From an uncultured Candidatus Saccharibacteria bacterium (GTDB lineage Bacteria > Patescibacteriota > UBA1384 > DTJR01), in assembly GCA_964487045.1 (NCBI GenBank), contig CAZAOT010000004.1, forward strand, positions 6,605 through 70,604: a stretch of DNA of 64,000 nucleotides. The letters are read 5' to 3'. Each line of letters begins with the position of its first letter. Position 1 is the first letter of the stretch. Shown in pieces: positions 41,571 to 51,300 of the stretch. The position numbers and the translations under genes are program-made. The notes below the pieces were generated by a model. It was not told the DNA's origin. It searched no databases and saw only the letters and a program-made list of their open reading frames with translations.

Positions 41571-42932
41571 CTACAAGGCATTTATTACTGCCAATATTCC
41601 AAGGACTATGAAAAATATAACTGCGAGCAGTAAGATGATTGATCTTAAACTAGATGCCGTAAACTCTTTTGCTATCATTTTTTTGTTTAAAATATATGTA
41701 AGCGAGATATGTATAACCATCGCGAAGGCATTAATTACCGCACCGGTAACCACTAATGCAACCGGATCAGTATAGCCCGATAAGAAGACAATAATCGACG
41801 CTATAATCTGAATCCATAAAACCAGATAATATGTTTTTGATAAATCTAGATTTTTTTTAAGAATGACAATATTCTCAGAAATTATTCTCGATGTTGAATC
41901 AAGTATTGTCAATTGTGTACCAAATAGCATAATCGCTACAAGTATCAGAAATAATGCGCCAAAATATCCTGACACAATATTTCCAATTGACTTAGCTTCA
42001 AAAATCAAAAAGTCAATTCCTTGAAGCGACGAATTTCCATTTGTCGCCGCATAAGACAAAAGAGCAAGAAGCAAAATCGTAATCGCTCCAGTAAACAGAA
42101 ATACTATAAAATGCTCGAGATTAATCAGCCTCCACCATAAAACAAATCTTCTTTTATTTTCATTCAAATTGAAATCGGCTTTATTGCCATAGACTGACTC
42201 AGGTTTTGCCCCCTTTAATAACACCGAACTAATTCCAACCGAACCCTTACACATTCCATAACCCTTCTCTTTAATATAGAAAGATTGAGCTAGGTTTAGA
42301 TTTCCACCAGCTCCCGAGTAAGCTAGCGCCCCTAAAAATACAAACAAAGGAATACCTTCAGGCAAAAAACTATATCCATCCCCTATCCCGACAATTCCCC
42401 TGCCAAGAGCTTGCCAGTCTGAAAACTTAGCAACCAATGCAACCAAAATTACAATCACTGGAACACCAATCAAAATTACATATTTCTGAAAAGTCTCCAC
42501 TGTTTTGTACAATCTTGGCCCGAGAGTTAAGATTAGCCCAATCAAAACAAGCAATATTATTGCGAGCAAATCAAATCTCTCATAGCCAAAGCTAACCGAA
42601 AAAATCTTGGCACTCGTTGCTATAATTCCAGGCCACATCCATGCTATAAAAGTTGATAGAATAAACCAAATTGGTAGTTTTTTTGATAATCTCGAAAAGC
42701 CAGCGAAAATACTCTCCCCCGCTAATAGAGAATATCGCTCGATTTCTAAATTTACGAAAAATTGAATAGTTATACCTATTATTGCAGCCCAAATTATTCC
42801 AAGGCCATACCTTGAGACCAAATAAGGCCACAAGATTAATTCACCTGAGCCAAGACCTAATCCAAGTAGAATAATACTCGGACCAATTGCATCCCTAAGT
42901 CGTGGTACTGCCGGCAATATTTTGTTTTCCAT
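41571..42932 (-). CDS. NRAMP-like (APC superfamily) transporter
   Basis: GPSIILLGLGLGSGELILWP, EIERY...GES; ~11 TM. Confidence 0.75.
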   Translation of the reverse strand: MENKILPAVPRLRDAIGPSIILLGLGLGSGELILWPYLVSRYGLGIIWAAIIGITIQFFVNLEIERYSLLAGESIFAGFSRLSKKLPIWFILSTFIAWMWPGIIATSAKIFSVSFGYERFDLLAIILLVLIGLILTLGPRLYKTVETFQKYVILIGVPVIVILVALVAKFSDWQALGRGIVGIGDGYSFLPEGIPLFVFLGALAYSGAGGNLNLAQSFYIKEKGYGMCKGSVGISSVLLKGAKPESVYGNKADFNLNENKRRFVLWWRLINLEHFIVFLFTGAITILLLALLSYAATNGNSSLQGIDFLIFEAKSIGNIVSGYFGALFLILVAIMLFGTQLTILDSTSRIISENIVILKKNLDLSKTYYLVLWIQIIASIIVFLSGYTDPVALVVTGAVINAFAMVIHISLTYILNKKMIAKEFTASSLRSIILLLAVIFFIVLGILAVINAL

Positions 42933-42978
42933 TATTTAATTTTATCATTTTCGAGTAATATATTGTCAAAGGGGTTAT

Positions 42979-44694
42979 ATGAAAAAAATATTATTCGTTT
43001 TTGCTCTAGTTGTTGTCGGTTTATTTAATACTCAAGCAGTCCACGCCAGAGATAATGTCTCTGACTGGTATATTAAGAATTTCAAAACAACAATCGATGT
43101 TAGAGATGATTCTTCACTATTTGTCACAGAAAACATTTTGGCTGACTGCGGCAACAATCAAAGACACGGTATATTTAGAACCCTTCCTACTAGTCAAAAG
43201 CTAGAAGGTCAAACGATAAACTCCCCAATTGTGCTCGATTCAATCACTGATCAGTTTGGCAAAAAATTAAAATACTCAGCTACAAAAGATGCTACAAATG
43301 GCACAATCACCTGGAAAATTGGCGATAGTGATAAATTTGTAACAGGCGAAAATACTTATATTATCAAATATTTAGTGAAAAATGCTGTAAGACATCAAAA
43401 TAGTAATTTTGATGAACTTTACTGGAACTTAAGTGGTAATTTCTGGTTGCTCGAAATAGATAACTTTGAAGCAAATATAAACTTTCCAAACGGAATTTCG
43501 AAAAATAATTTAAACTTGGACTATTACTCTGGATATTTTGGAGATAAAAATTCACTCGATATTACTGGAACATTTTCTAACGATAACCAACTTAAGATCT
43601 CATACGATAAAACGCTTCTAGAAGATCAAGGAATTACACTAAGCGCAAGCTTTCCTAAGAATATAATAGCTCTATACAAACCAACCTTTATAGAAAAATA
43701 TGGAAACTATTTATGGCTCCTAATCCCACTTTTTATCCTTTGGCTTTGTATGAAGCTATGGAAAAGGTATGGGGACGACCCATCAATAAATCCAACAATC
43801 GCTCCGGAGTTTGAAATTCCGGAGAAGCTAGCTCCAATCGAAATGGGAATTCTCCAAACCGACGGGCTTCTTAGGAATAATTTTGTGACCGCTTCAATCA
43901 TCAATCTTGCCGTTAATGGTCAGATTCAGATAAAGAAAATTGAGAAAAAAGGTATTTTGGGTCAAGAGGATTTTGAGCTCACCAAACTGAGCTCTAAATA
44001 TAAACCCTCAGCGGCAGAGGAAAAATTGATGAGCTCACTATTCGGTAGTGAAAAAACAATCAAAATGTCTTCTTTGAAAAATAAATTCTACAAAAGCCTA
44101 CCCGGAATTGGAGACGCGGCCTCAGACTATCTTGCTAAAAAAGGCTATCTAGTAAGGCTCAGCAGACTTCCGCAATGGATTATGCTATTTATTGGAATAT
44201 TTATATTTGTTTTTTCGATGGGTGGGTTCGCCGTCAATGTTTATCTTGGACTAGCAATGATTTCTAGCTCAATGATCCTAATAATCTTCTCATTTATAAT
44301 GCCAAAAAGAACTGCCGAAGGAGCTAAACTTATAGGTAGAGTTCGAGGCTTTAAATTATATTTGGATAAAGTTGAGAAATATCGCCAGCAGGTCCTAGAG
44401 AAGCAAAATACATTCGAGAAGATGCTACCATACGCAATTTTGTTTGGCATGACCGCGCAGTATATTCGTAAAATGAAAAGTATTTATGGGGAAGATTACT
44501 TCTCTTCTTATCACCCAGCTTGGTATTACTATGGAACTCTAGGAACATTTAATGTCGATCAATTTTCAAGTCAGATATCAAATTTATCAAGCTCAATGGC
44601 ATCGACTATTTCATCAAGCCCTTCGAGTTCCGGCGCAGGTGGCGGAGGGTTCTCCGGCGGCGGTGGCGGCGGAGGTGGTGGGGGCGGCTGGTAG
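42979..44694 (+). CDS. DUF2207-family membrane protein
   Basis: HGIFRTLP, DELYWN, LPYAILFG and C-terminal GGGGFSGGGGGGGGGGGW. Confidence 0.88.
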   Translation: MKKILFVFALVVVGLFNTQAVHARDNVSDWYIKNFKTTIDVRDDSSLFVTENILADCGNNQRHGIFRTLPTSQKLEGQTINSPIVLDSITDQFGKKLKYSATKDATNGTITWKIGDSDKFVTGENTYIIKYLVKNAVRHQNSNFDELYWNLSGNFWLLEIDNFEANINFPNGISKNNLNLDYYSGYFGDKNSLDITGTFSNDNQLKISYDKTLLEDQGITLSASFPKNIIALYKPTFIEKYGNYLWLLIPLFILWLCMKLWKRYGDDPSINPTIAPEFEIPEKLAPIEMGILQTDGLLRNNFVTASIINLAVNGQIQIKKIEKKGILGQEDFELTKLSSKYKPSAAEEKLMSSLFGSEKTIKMSSLKNKFYKSLPGIGDAASDYLAKKGYLVRLSRLPQWIMLFIGIFIFVFSMGGFAVNVYLGLAMISSSMILIIFSFIMPKRTAEGAKLIGRVRGFKLYLDKVEKYRQQVLEKQNTFEKMLPYAILFGMTAQYIRKMKSIYGEDYFSSYHPAWYYYGTLGTFNVDQFSSQISNLSSSMASTISSSPSSSGAGGGGFSGGGGGGGGGGGW

Positions 44695-44695
44695 A

Positions 44696-45010
44696 CTAAG
44701 CAGCCTTGAGGCCTTCTTCGATATAGTGCTCAATATTGTTTATAAAATTTTCATAGGCCCCGTCACCTGTGTCAAGCGGATAGTCAAGCATTTCTTCATT
44801 CATACTACTTCTTGCGATTAAGTGATAAAGCTTATATTTATTCGCATCAGGAATATTTTGTATATAGTCAAAAAATGGATCATTATAAAGTGCCTGGTTA
44901 TGTTTTGAGAGTTTATCGGAGAGCCCCCTGGCTTTGGGCTTTTCATTATTTGAAAATTTATCGATCATTTCTTCAAATGAATGAACTTGTTCTTGATTTT
45001 CTTGTTCCAT
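44696..45010 (-). CDS. Hypothetical protein
   Basis: 104-aa ORF, host-like composition, co-oriented with 45024-45488. Confidence 0.6.
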   Translation of the reverse strand: MEQENQEQVHSFEEMIDKFSNNEKPKARGLSDKLSKHNQALYNDPFFDYIQNIPDANKYKLYHLIARSSMNEEMLDYPLDTGDGAYENFINNIEHYIEEGLKAA

Positions 45011-45023
45011 AGTAGCTTTTTTA

Positions 45024-45488
45024 CTAATCGTTATTTAATTGGGTCACAGCTGAATCGGCCGCTGGAATTATCGTTGTTTCGATAATTACCGCCTGACTCC
45101 TAGTCGCAGATTCTCTAGAGTATTGATACTCGCTAGTCGAGCTTCCACCGGAAGACTGCTCGATTGTAGTGGCAGATTGATAAACCTGCTCAGACTTAAA
45201 CCTATCCTGAAGAGAATCTGCAGTTGACTGAATAAATCCAGGTAAGGGATTATTTCTGTAGTAAAGAATACCAGTAAGTAAAATTCCCAGAAATAGCATT
45301 AACGAGAAAAATTTTAGATGCCTTTTTATTGAAATTGCGGGCTTGGCGTCTTGCGCATCTGGCAAAGGCTGAGGAACTTGCCCCACCTGTAAGGGTTCGG
45401 CTGGCATTTGCCCAGGTTGCGTACTTGCCACTTGAGTTTCTTTCGGCGGCGCCGGTTGAGGTGGAATTTGATTATTTAAATTGTCCAT
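45024..45488 (-). CDS. Single-TM hypothetical protein with Pro/Gln-rich N-terminus
   Basis: PPQPAPP...; TM FFSLMLFLGILLTGILYY. Confidence 0.7.
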   Translation of the reverse strand: MDNLNNQIPPQPAPPKETQVASTQPGQMPAEPLQVGQVPQPLPDAQDAKPAISIKRHLKFFSLMLFLGILLTGILYYRNNPLPGFIQSTADSLQDRFKSEQVYQSATTIEQSSGGSSTSEYQYSRESATRSQAVIIETTIIPAADSAVTQLNND

Positions 45489-45515
45489 TTATATACAAAT
45501 GTTATCATTTTTTTG

Positions 45516-45548
45516 AATAGATCAACACTAAGTTAGTATTGATCTATT
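45516..45548. promoter_or_regulatory. 33-bp near-perfect palindrome overlapping a -35 element
   Basis: AATAGATCAACACTAA-G-TTAGTATTGATCTATT (one mismatch); TTGATC, 17 nt, TAGAAT promoter on + strand. Confidence 0.5.
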
Positions 45549-45628
45549 TATAGTTTTCTAGTAGAATAGGGCCAGCTTGGTTGTTCATTGACCCCCATCA
45601 ATACATCTTCAAGGAGTGATGCTTTTTC

Positions 45629-45814
45629 ATGACTGAACCGAAGGAGTCTTGGGCCGCAGACCTTAAACAGCGGCTACAACGTCTCAGATATGAGGCGGAA
45701 ATCAACATGCTTAAGCGGCAGAACGAGCGGCTCATGTGGGTCATCCGAATGCTGCTAGGCAATACTGGCAAGCAAAAGGAGAAAGACCACAATGACCGCA
45801 ATCCGCAAGAGTGA
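45629..45814 (+). CDS. Small GC-rich hypothetical protein (61 aa)
   Basis: AAGGAG upstream, own promoter, overlaps the next ORF. Confidence 0.55.
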   Translation: MTEPKESWAADLKQRLQRLRYEAEINMLKRQNERLMWVIRMLLGNTGKQKEKDHNDRNPQE

Positions 45815-45995
45815 AGTAACAAAAGAGCAGTATTTGTTCCTCTTCCCCGACGAGTTAAACGAGGACGAGGGTGGACCGGAAACGATCAATGGACAACGTG
45901 TCCTGTCGCTCGATTCCGATCTTGGGCCTTGGCCAGATCCCGAATGGGATGTGGATATCTACAGGATGGCCTGCAATGAGCTGAAAAGGCGGTAG
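45792..45995 (+). CDS. Small GC-rich hypothetical protein (67 aa)
   Basis: AAGGAG upstream; acidic; TAG stop. Confidence 0.55.
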   Translation: MTAIRKSEVTKEQYLFLFPDELNEDEGGPETINGQRVLSLDSDLGPWPDPEWDVDIYRMACNELKRR

Positions 45996-46045
45996 TCCTC
46001 TAACTACCAACAACGCGGCAAGGGTTATCCTGCCGCAAGCGGTCA

Positions 46046-46147
46046 ATGGCAAACAAGCAAAGCGGCTACGCTATCGTGCATCAAAGGTGTCGTAAACAAG
46101 ACGCAAAGGAAAGGCGGACCAACGTGTCCTCTAACAGCGTAACCTAA
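46046..46147 (+). CDS. Possible 33-aa micro-ORF MANKQSGYAIVHQRCRKQDAKERRTNVSSNSVT
   Basis: Hand translation; stop immediately before the terminator hairpin; weak RBS. Confidence 0.3.
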   Translation: MANKQSGYAIVHQRCRKQDAKERRTNVSSNSVT

Positions 46148-46148
46148 C

Positions 46149-46180
46149 AGGGCCCAGCATCCACATGGATATTGGGCCCT
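46149..46180. terminator. Hairpin between convergent units
   Basis: AGGGCCCA...TGGGCCCT with internal ATCC/GGAT. Confidence 0.6.
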
Positions 46181-46190
46181 CAAAGTTTTA

Positions 46191-46409
46191 TTACATCTTG
46201 AAAAATTCGAGAATTTTATAAACAAGTATCGCTGGCCAAATAATCGCCTTTAACACCCCTAAGACTCCCATCCAGAAGGTCTCAGCATGCTGTAAGAAGT
46301 AAATCACAGCACCGATAAAAGCTAGACCATATATACCTCCCCCGAATGCCCCACCACCTGATCCTTTGGGATTTTCACAGCATTTTTCACCTTCCATATC
46401 TTTTGCCAT
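46191..46409 (-). CDS. Small 2-TM membrane protein
   Basis: AAGGAG RBS; GGGIYGLAFIGAVIYF...LKAIIWPAILVY. Confidence 0.75.
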   Translation of the reverse strand: MAKDMEGEKCCENPKGSGGGAFGGGIYGLAFIGAVIYFLQHAETFWMGVLGVLKAIIWPAILVYKILEFFKM

Positions 46410-46477
46410 ATGACTCCTTAGTTTAGTTTTCTAAAATATAACAAATTATAATATTAAATTCTTGATATAATCATCGC

Positions 46478-46789
46478 ATGGAAAATATTGTAAATATCCT
46501 AAAAATTCTAGCAATTATTATTGCCTCACTAATAATTATTTTTCTTATCCTGCTGGCTCTCCCAAACAGTAAGCTTCGAAGTTCAATTCTTAAAATTTAT
46601 GCAATTGTTTCATTCATAATCGCTATAACATCAGCCGGATATGTAATAAGTCCACTCGATGCTTTGCCTGACTTCATCCCCGTAGCTGGCCAAACAGATG
46701 ATCTCGCTGCAGCAATCTCAAGTCTCGCAAGTGCGATAACTGGCTATATTTCTTGGCAAAAGTCAAAAGAAAGGGCGGAATCTAGATAG
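46478..46789 (+). CDS. DUF1232/YkvA-family membrane protein
   Basis: YVISPLDALPDFIPVAGQTDD motif. Confidence 0.85.
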   Translation: MENIVNILKILAIIIASLIIIFLILLALPNSKLRSSILKIYAIVSFIIAITSAGYVISPLDALPDFIPVAGQTDDLAAAISSLASAITGYISWQKSKERAESR

Positions 46790-46824
46790 CTAGAGCCGCC
46801 CTGTACATCAATCTCTGACCGAAG

Positions 46825-47205
46825 CTAGAGACAGACAAGCGCCTGCACGCTCGCTGGCTCCTCAACGGAGCGAGGCCAGAAGGTGAAGGCACCGATCTTG
46901 GTGTACGTCACCTTGCCAGTGACCGGCAGATCACGCTGCACTTCGACGCCGACATAGCCGTCCCGGACCCCCTCGACGTCGTAGTGGATGTCCGAGTAGC
47001 TGATGAACCCTGGCATAATGCCGAAGTGCGATAAGCCAGGAACTTCTACCCAGACCGGTACACCTACTTCAAACACCTCATCCGGCCACTCCTCCGGCAG
47101 ACCGTGGATCTCCTGGTCCATCCGAGCCAGCGTAGAAACCCTCGCTTCTAGCACTGGGACTAGCTGGCAGACCTTTCTGCCCTTATACATCCCGAGAAAA
47201 TCCAT
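46825..47205 (-). CDS. GC-rich hypothetical protein (126 aa)
   Basis: GAGGAGG RBS, TTGCAA/TAGCCT promoter, terminator AGGGCGG/CCGCCCT at 46772-46802. Confidence 0.65.
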   Translation of the reverse strand: MDFLGMYKGRKVCQLVPVLEARVSTLARMDQEIHGLPEEWPDEVFEVGVPVWVEVPGLSHFGIMPGFISYSDIHYDVEGVRDGYVGVEVQRDLPVTGKVTYTKIGAFTFWPRSVEEPASVQALVCL

Positions 47206-47275
47206 CGCAGACCTCCTCTGTCAGAGAAACTACCATAAGGCTAACACTTTGCGAGATCTTTTTGCAAGTAAACAG

Positions 47276-47734
47276 CTAATAGATTTTAAAATCAGTAATG
47301 CAGTAATCTTTATTAAAATGAAAATCACCCTGGAAATATTTCTTTTCTAAAAACATCGGCAGCCAATACCGATCATTTGGCCACATCTTGTCGTATGGGA
47401 TTTCGTCTATCCTAAACCATCCGATTTTCATTTCTTCAGAATCAGTTGACAGCCCTTCATAATCTAGAATTTCAAAATAGTGCACTTCCATCTCAGGGTC
47501 ATCTACGTAATAAAAAGTCAGCACTCCCCTTTTTTCTGCTTTAGTAACTTTGATGTTCGCTTCCTCTTCGCACTCACGCGCCATCGCTTGTTCGATCGTT
47601 TCTCCATCTTCAACCTTTCCGCCAAACCCAAGCCACTTACCCTGGCCAAAACCATTTTTCTTTCTCCGGCCAAGTAAAATCTTGCCGTCCTTTATAGCTA
47701 ACGCCTCTGTCATTATTTTCTTATCTTTGTTCAT
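47276..47734 (-). CDS. NUDIX hydrolase, 8-oxo-dGTPase (MutT/MTH1-like)
   Basis: GFGQGKW.GFGGKVEDGETIEQAMARECEEE Nudix box; IPYDKMWPND..WLP. Confidence 0.88.
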   Translation of the reverse strand: MNKDKKIMTEALAIKDGKILLGRRKKNGFGQGKWLGFGGKVEDGETIEQAMARECEEEANIKVTKAEKRGVLTFYYVDDPEMEVHYFEILDYEGLSTDSEEMKIGWFRIDEIPYDKMWPNDRYWLPMFLEKKYFQGDFHFNKDYCITDFKIY

Positions 47735-48314
47735 AGCTAATGATGCTTAGATAAACCAAAAAACTTATCATCCAGCCTCGCTCAGCAATATTTATAAGTT
47801 CGCTCATATGCAAATTAGACCATAAGCTCATCAAGGCAAAAACTAAAGAAATTACAAACAAAACAGCTGTAATAATAAATAGTTTTTTATTTTCTTTTGC
47901 ATAGAATATCATTGCCGAGATCTGAGAAAGTAGAAATACACAAACCGCCATTGTAATCACATTATTATGAGCCCGATCCCTGATTGTTCTGACATTTTCA
48001 ATTGTATCAATCGGCAGAAACCAGTTAAGATAAACAATTATTATAGTTGCAAGCAGCATCAAAAGTCCACTTAAAAAAGCATAATAATTTTTATTCTTAA
48101 TAAATTTAATTGCGACAAACGAGAGAACTATAAATCCTATCGTATAAAAGATATTTATCGCTAAGGCATATTGCGCCCCTTTGGCGTTTAATTCACTGAT
48201 AGTCTGAGCAAAATGATTGTAATTTGGATATAAAACAGAAAACACTGCAATATTCAGTAAAATTACTGCGGATCCGATTAGCCCAAGGTATTTTTCTATT
48301 TTGCTCATAATCAT
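47721..48314 (-). CDS. DUF998-like membrane protein
   Basis: YPNYNHFAQTISEL, conserved H, C-terminal ER; ~6 TM. Confidence 0.65.
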   Translation of the reverse strand: MIMSKIEKYLGLIGSAVILLNIAVFSVLYPNYNHFAQTISELNAKGAQYALAINIFYTIGFIVLSFVAIKFIKNKNYYAFLSGLLMLLATIIIVYLNWFLPIDTIENVRTIRDRAHNNVITMAVCVFLLSQISAMIFYAKENKKLFIITAVLFVISLVFALMSLWSNLHMSELINIAERGWMISFLVYLSIISYEQR

Positions 48315-48381
48315 ATATCAGTAAATAGGCTTATCACTTAGTAGCATACTTTTGGTAAGGTTGAAGAGGAACATTATTTTT

Positions 48382-51300
48382 TTAGCTACTGGCTTCACTC
48401 CTAAGCCTCATTCTTAGCCCGCCCGCCGAGTGATTTCCACTAATTCGTCCCCCACCTCTAAACTCTACATAATGATCTCCGCCGGGAGAAGGTACGACAT
48501 TAACAGTGGCCTCTACCGGCTCAATAATATATGCTGACTGCTCACTACCAAACCTTTTCGTCAGGATGTCACGACTAAGCCCAGCCGTCGAAAGAGCACT
48601 GTCAGTGATAAATATGGATACTTTAGCTTTTGGCGCTTTAGCCTTAATAGCTGCGAGCTTTTTGGTGACAGCGGCTAAATGCCCATAGAGAATATCGGGC
48701 GAGTGGTTCCCGTAAATCTGGTCAAACACAAAGGACATTTCTTGCTGCTCGCCAATTGTAATCGGCTCAAAGAATACTATCTCGTCGGAAATACTACCTT
48801 CGTTAGCATCCTTGTTAGCATCTTGGCTGTATAAGTAGAATTTGTTCGGATCACCAAAAGTCAGATTTGTATCATTATTGCAACCCGTAGTGTTACACGC
48901 CAAACACTGTCTCATATTCTCGATAATAGGAATCCAGCTATTTGTAATATTGCTGTTTATAGTTAGAGCTGAATCACTTCCTCTTAAATTCCTTAACACC
49001 TCTTGCGTCGCGGTTTGATATTGAGTTGCGCCCTGTTTTTGTGACTCATCGAGCATAGTCTTGAGTTTGTTTTCAATTTCCAATATCGCTTTTTCAAGCA
49101 CAGTCATCTGCTCCCTAATCTCCTGGAGATAAGCAGCTATTGCATCTTTATCCTCTTTTTCGGTGATCTTCTCCTGATTCTTCGAAGCAATACTCTCTAG
49201 ATAGATTAAGTCCTGAGAAATTGCTCGTGCTCCCGAGTCGGTTTTAAACTCCTCGCCTATATCATTAAAGATCCTTACTATGTTAGCGTTTGGTACAAGC
49301 TTCGCACGTAAAGCGTCTACCAGTTTTCGATACTCCGTTCGCTTCTCGACCAAATTCATTGAAGTTGTCGCCAGCTTCACCGTTGATTGTATTGACTTAA
49401 GCTTTTCAATAACCGGCATATCCGAATTCAACTTATCAACTGCCAAGAATTCTTCAACGATATTAAGTTCTTCTTCGGATATCGGTAAATCCTTCCCCAT
49501 TTCAATCTGTATCTTTTTTGCCAAAGCGCTGTTGACCTTACTCGAGCTATAATGCTCGACTAGCGATACATAAGGACGCATTTCTTCTGGATAAGTATCG
49601 GGATCAGCATAAACCTCTAATGCCAATAAAATTCCTTCTAGTTTATCATCCACTGTACGAATATTCCCAAGATGCTGAACTATTACCTCTTCTTGTAATA
49701 TGGGCTGAATTTCAGCGAGCTCCTGGTCGGACAAACCGATTACTTCAGTTGGAATAAATGCTGCCTTATCTCTTTCTTTCAAGTACTCTTTGATATATTT
49801 GTAATGCTGGTTATCCGCTGAAAAATATTCCACCAACTCCTTTTCTAAGTCATCCCCCCTAAACATTTTCCCTTGTCTAAACTGATCCCACTTACCATTT
49901 ACAGTCAGGGCCAAAAAGAGCATTAATAAAGCTGTTTTCTCTTCGTCCTTCGATTTTATATTGCCTAAATAGATCAAGATATCCTTTAACGCTCGAATAT
50001 CCTTGACCTCCATTTTCTCAGGCAACTTATCAAATCCAAGCCTGTCTTTGAAACTTACTTGAAGCCTAGAGAGGGTTTCTTTTTTAAATTCTTCGATTAC
50101 CCCTACCCGATCATTACCCAGCTCAAGCTTATCTGAAAAATCCTTCAGAAGATTCCTAATTGGGAGCAAATCCCGCACACTATATTCCTTGGCTTCTTCC
50201 GGCAAGTGCGTACCAAGAGCGCCGACTTCTGGATTTTTAGGTGGTTGTTTTTGTTCAAGAACAACAAGCTGTGCCTGAAAAAGAGGATAGATATTCTCGA
50301 CGAAATCTTCTAATTCTTTTGGATTAAGCTGTTTAAAAATACGATCGAAATCCTTATACAAAGCAGGCGATGCACCTAATATTTCCTTGGTTACACCATA
50401 AAAATATGATCTGTCTTCATTTCCCCAGCGATTTTTATCAAAGTAAGCTTCTTGGTCCATGAGCATCTGCCCCAGCTGGCGCTTGGTCTCAAAAGCTGTA
50501 TGTCCTTTTAAAAACGCACTATCCATTCCTTCGATCAAACCGGCCATTGCTTGTATATGCCTTAAGTGCCCCGCACCTTCGTTTTTTTGAATGAGTCTAG
50601 CTAGCAAGACCGCATCGACGTTTGATTTAGATTCGGTGAGCTTTTGGATATGATCAAGATAAGCCTTTCGATAATTTTCAAAGACGAAGCTCATTACTTC
50701 AGGATCCTTAAAATAATCTTCGATCCACTGAACTTGCGTTCCCCCCATACTTCTAACAAACCCAGAGAGATAAATAACCCAGTTATCTTTAGTAATAGGT
50801 TGTGTTTGTTCAGGATTATTCTTGGCAAAGTCATATTCAGGAATTCTTGAGCTTTCAAGTAAGGCTGTGTTTTCCTCGCTTAGTCTGCCGGCATAATGCT
50901 CAGCTACTACAAACTTCAAGCCGACATCACTTGCTTGCATATTTTCAAGAATAATTTTACAAAGCCGTTCAATGCTTTCCTGAGGATGCTTTTCGCGGTT
51001 TCTAATGATGTCTGAAACAATGTCTCTAAGCCCCCATATTGATGATTCTTCTGGTATCGCTCCATGCATTTTTGCCAGAGAATCTAGAGCTAACTCGATA
51101 TCAACCTCGTCAACGTTAGAGCCGCTCTTATTATCTAGTAAAATCATTTTCATAACCAAGTCATCACTCTGCTCTAGCAATGATTGCATCGCTGTTGCTT
51201 GATCTAAAAATATCGCGTCAAGCCTCTTTTGGGTCTTAGCGTTGCCCATCCGAATAGCAGATTTGAATATGTTATTGAGTATTAACGCGACAAATCTTTT

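Noticed and set aside
44630-44694. GGC/GGT-rich repeat
   Set aside because: It encodes the normal Gly-rich C-terminus of DUF2207 proteins.
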